A stretch of 58,471 bases of DNA from NCBI GenBank assembly GCA_044352465.1, contig JBILDU010000005.1, positions 1-58,471 on the forward strand. Direction: 5' to 3'. This DNA is from Bdellovibrionota bacterium (GTDB lineage Bacteria; Bdellovibrionota_C; UBA2361). The notes beneath the pieces were generated by a model. That model did not search any database, was not told the DNA's origin, and saw nothing but the letters and a program-made list of their open reading frames with translations. How positions within the stretch are numbered: the stretch's first letter is position 1; every line of letters begins with the position of its first letter. Positions 57,072 through 58,471 of this stretch are shown piece after piece. The translations under genes were made by a program, and so were the position numbers.

Positions 57072-57914
57072 TTATTTCGTGGTCCGCACCTTGGGGGGGC
57101 GGGGGAGTTGCTGAGCCTTTCGCTGACAGTTGGGGCAATAGTGGGTCGAGCGTTGCCCGACGATAGTTCGACGCACCGGTGTGCGGCATGCCCGGCACGG
57201 TTCATCAGTACGACCGTAGACCGCAAAATGCTTCTGAAATTCACCACCACGATAGACCGCATCAAAAGAGGCGCCTTTGAGCATGATGCCCCGTTTCAGG
57301 ACCGTTCGAATCGCTCGATAGAGTCGGAATATCTCCACGTCGTTGAGCGTCTGCACCTGGCGTAGCGGACTGATGCCGGCGTGGAAACAGCTCTCATCCG
57401 CATAGATATTACCGATGCCGGCGATAAATTCCTGTTTCAGCAGGAGCGCCTTTAGGCATCCTTTGCGCCTCTCAAAGAGCGCTTTGAATCGCTCCGGTGA
57501 AAAATTCGGATCGAGTGGCTCGGGGCCCAAATGCCCCACGACGTCGTTGGGATCGCGCACAAAAAACACCCGTCCGAACTTCCGCGGATCTTTAAAGCGT
57601 AGCTCGTGGGCATTATCGAGGGTGAATGCTGTATGCACATGTGGGGGGCGCGGGGTCGCCGTCCGCTCAACTAACAGATCACCACTCATTTTAAGGTGTA
57701 CCAAGAGGGTTCGCTTATTGCTGAGAGAAAAGAGGAGATATTTCCCCCGGCGCGTCAGAGCCTCGATACGCTGGCCGGGGAGATCGCGGATAAGCTCGGC
57801 TGGAGATGTGCCGATTGAATTACGCCAGCCAACGTGAACTCCCGTAAAAGTTCGGCCAAGGAGAGCTCCTTGGAGACCTCGAACGATCGTCTCAACTTCG
57901 GGTAACTCTGGCAT
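57072..57914 (-). CDS. mutM: Formamidopyrimidine-DNA glycosylase
   Basis: MPELPEVE; RRGKY; HLKMSG; DPRKFG; GIGNIYADE; C-terminal zinc finger CRAC..CPNCQ. Confidence 0.97.
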   Translation of the reverse strand: MPELPEVETIVRGLQGALLGRTFTGVHVGWRNSIGTSPAELIRDLPGQRIEALTRRGKYLLFSLSNKRTLLVHLKMSGDLLVERTATPRPPHVHTAFTLDNAHELRFKDPRKFGRVFFVRDPNDVVGHLGPEPLDPNFSPERFKALFERRKGCLKALLLKQEFIAGIGNIYADESCFHAGISPLRQVQTLNDVEIFRLYRAIRTVLKRGIMLKGASFDAVYRGGEFQKHFAVYGRTDEPCRACRTPVRRTIVGQRSTHYCPNCQRKAQQLPRPPKVRTTK

Positions 57915-58030
57915 GGTAGTCGAACTCTCTCTTCTTCGGGTGGCTTAAGCAGTCGATGACTTTACGGGATTTTATAATTAGTCGGGAGAATAAGGCCACA
58001 TAAAGCAAGCCAAGATCGTTTTGAGGCTGC

Positions 58031-58471
58031 TCATTCGGGCACCGTAGCGCCGCGATGATTCGGGAAATAGCGGTCGATTAACCCAAATAGCTGGTCACCC
58101 CGAACTGGTTTGGTGAGGAGTTCGTCCATGCCGGCTTCGTGGCACCGGGTTTGGATGTCCTCATCGAGGTACACCGTCATGCCGAAGATAGGAGTATACT
58201 TCCCCCCACCGCGCTCGGCTCTCCGGATCTCTCGGGTAGCCGCATAGCCGTCCATGGTGGGCATCTCACAGTCGATGAGCGCCAGGTCAAAGGAAGCAGT
58301 CGCTAAATGACCGGTAGCCTCGCGCCCGTCAGCCGCGACGACGATGTTGTATCCTCGGGACCGCAGGATATCTCCGATCATCCGCTGATTGAGGCGATTA
58401 TCCTCGGCTAAAAGAACCCGCAACGCCGCGGGTGTGATGGGGGCGGTGATCGGCGCTGTCTGCTCTGGCGG
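58031..58471 (-). CDS. C-terminal receiver domain, probably of a hybrid histidine kinase continuing beyond the window
   Basis: LLAEDNRLNQ; DCEMPTMDGY; AGMDELLTKP; frame stays open to the window edge. Confidence 0.85.
   Translation of the reverse strand, partial: PPEQTAPITAPITPAALRVLLAEDNRLNQRMIGDILRSRGYNIVVAADGREATGHLATASFDLALIDCEMPTMDGYAATREIRRAERGGGKYTPIFGMTVYLDEDIQTRCHEAGMDELLTKPVRGDQLFGLIDRYFPNHRGATVPE

Overview
GC-rich bacterial chromosomal segment. Housekeeping and metabolic genes (argS, prs-like, NAD-dependent fdh, ADP-forming acyl-CoA ligase, cdd, nagZ, ppx, panB, panD, smpB, ssrA, rfbA, nagB, mutM) are interleaved with many highly divergent or orphan genes. Main points: (1) a tight three-gene minus-strand cluster (1123-7436) encoding a zincin fused to an apparently circularly permuted HAD domain, an archaeal Hef/FANCM-like SF2 helicase and a YfbR-like HD protein; (2) an ArgRS with a PheT/Trbp-like OB-fold inserted in its catalytic domain; (3) a CarH-type B12 photosensor domain fused to a C-terminal XRE HTH; (4) ppx followed by two thymidylate-kinase-like genes, the layout of the archaeal heteromeric PPK3 locus; (5) a ~6.9 kb AT-richer element integrated in the tmRNA 3' end, bounded by a 16-bp att repeat and carrying two tyrosine recombinases, a small HUH protein, an RHH protein and a NitT/TauT-type ABC importer; (6) REP-like repeats with a GIY-YIG gene, a decayed GNAT gene and arsR-arsM-(arsC remnant) just outside that element; (7) several apparently catalytically degenerate enzyme paralogues (tandem CinA, M49 peptidase-like). 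No CRISPR array, rRNA or standard tRNA was seen. All family calls come from motif recognition by eye; no database searches were run.
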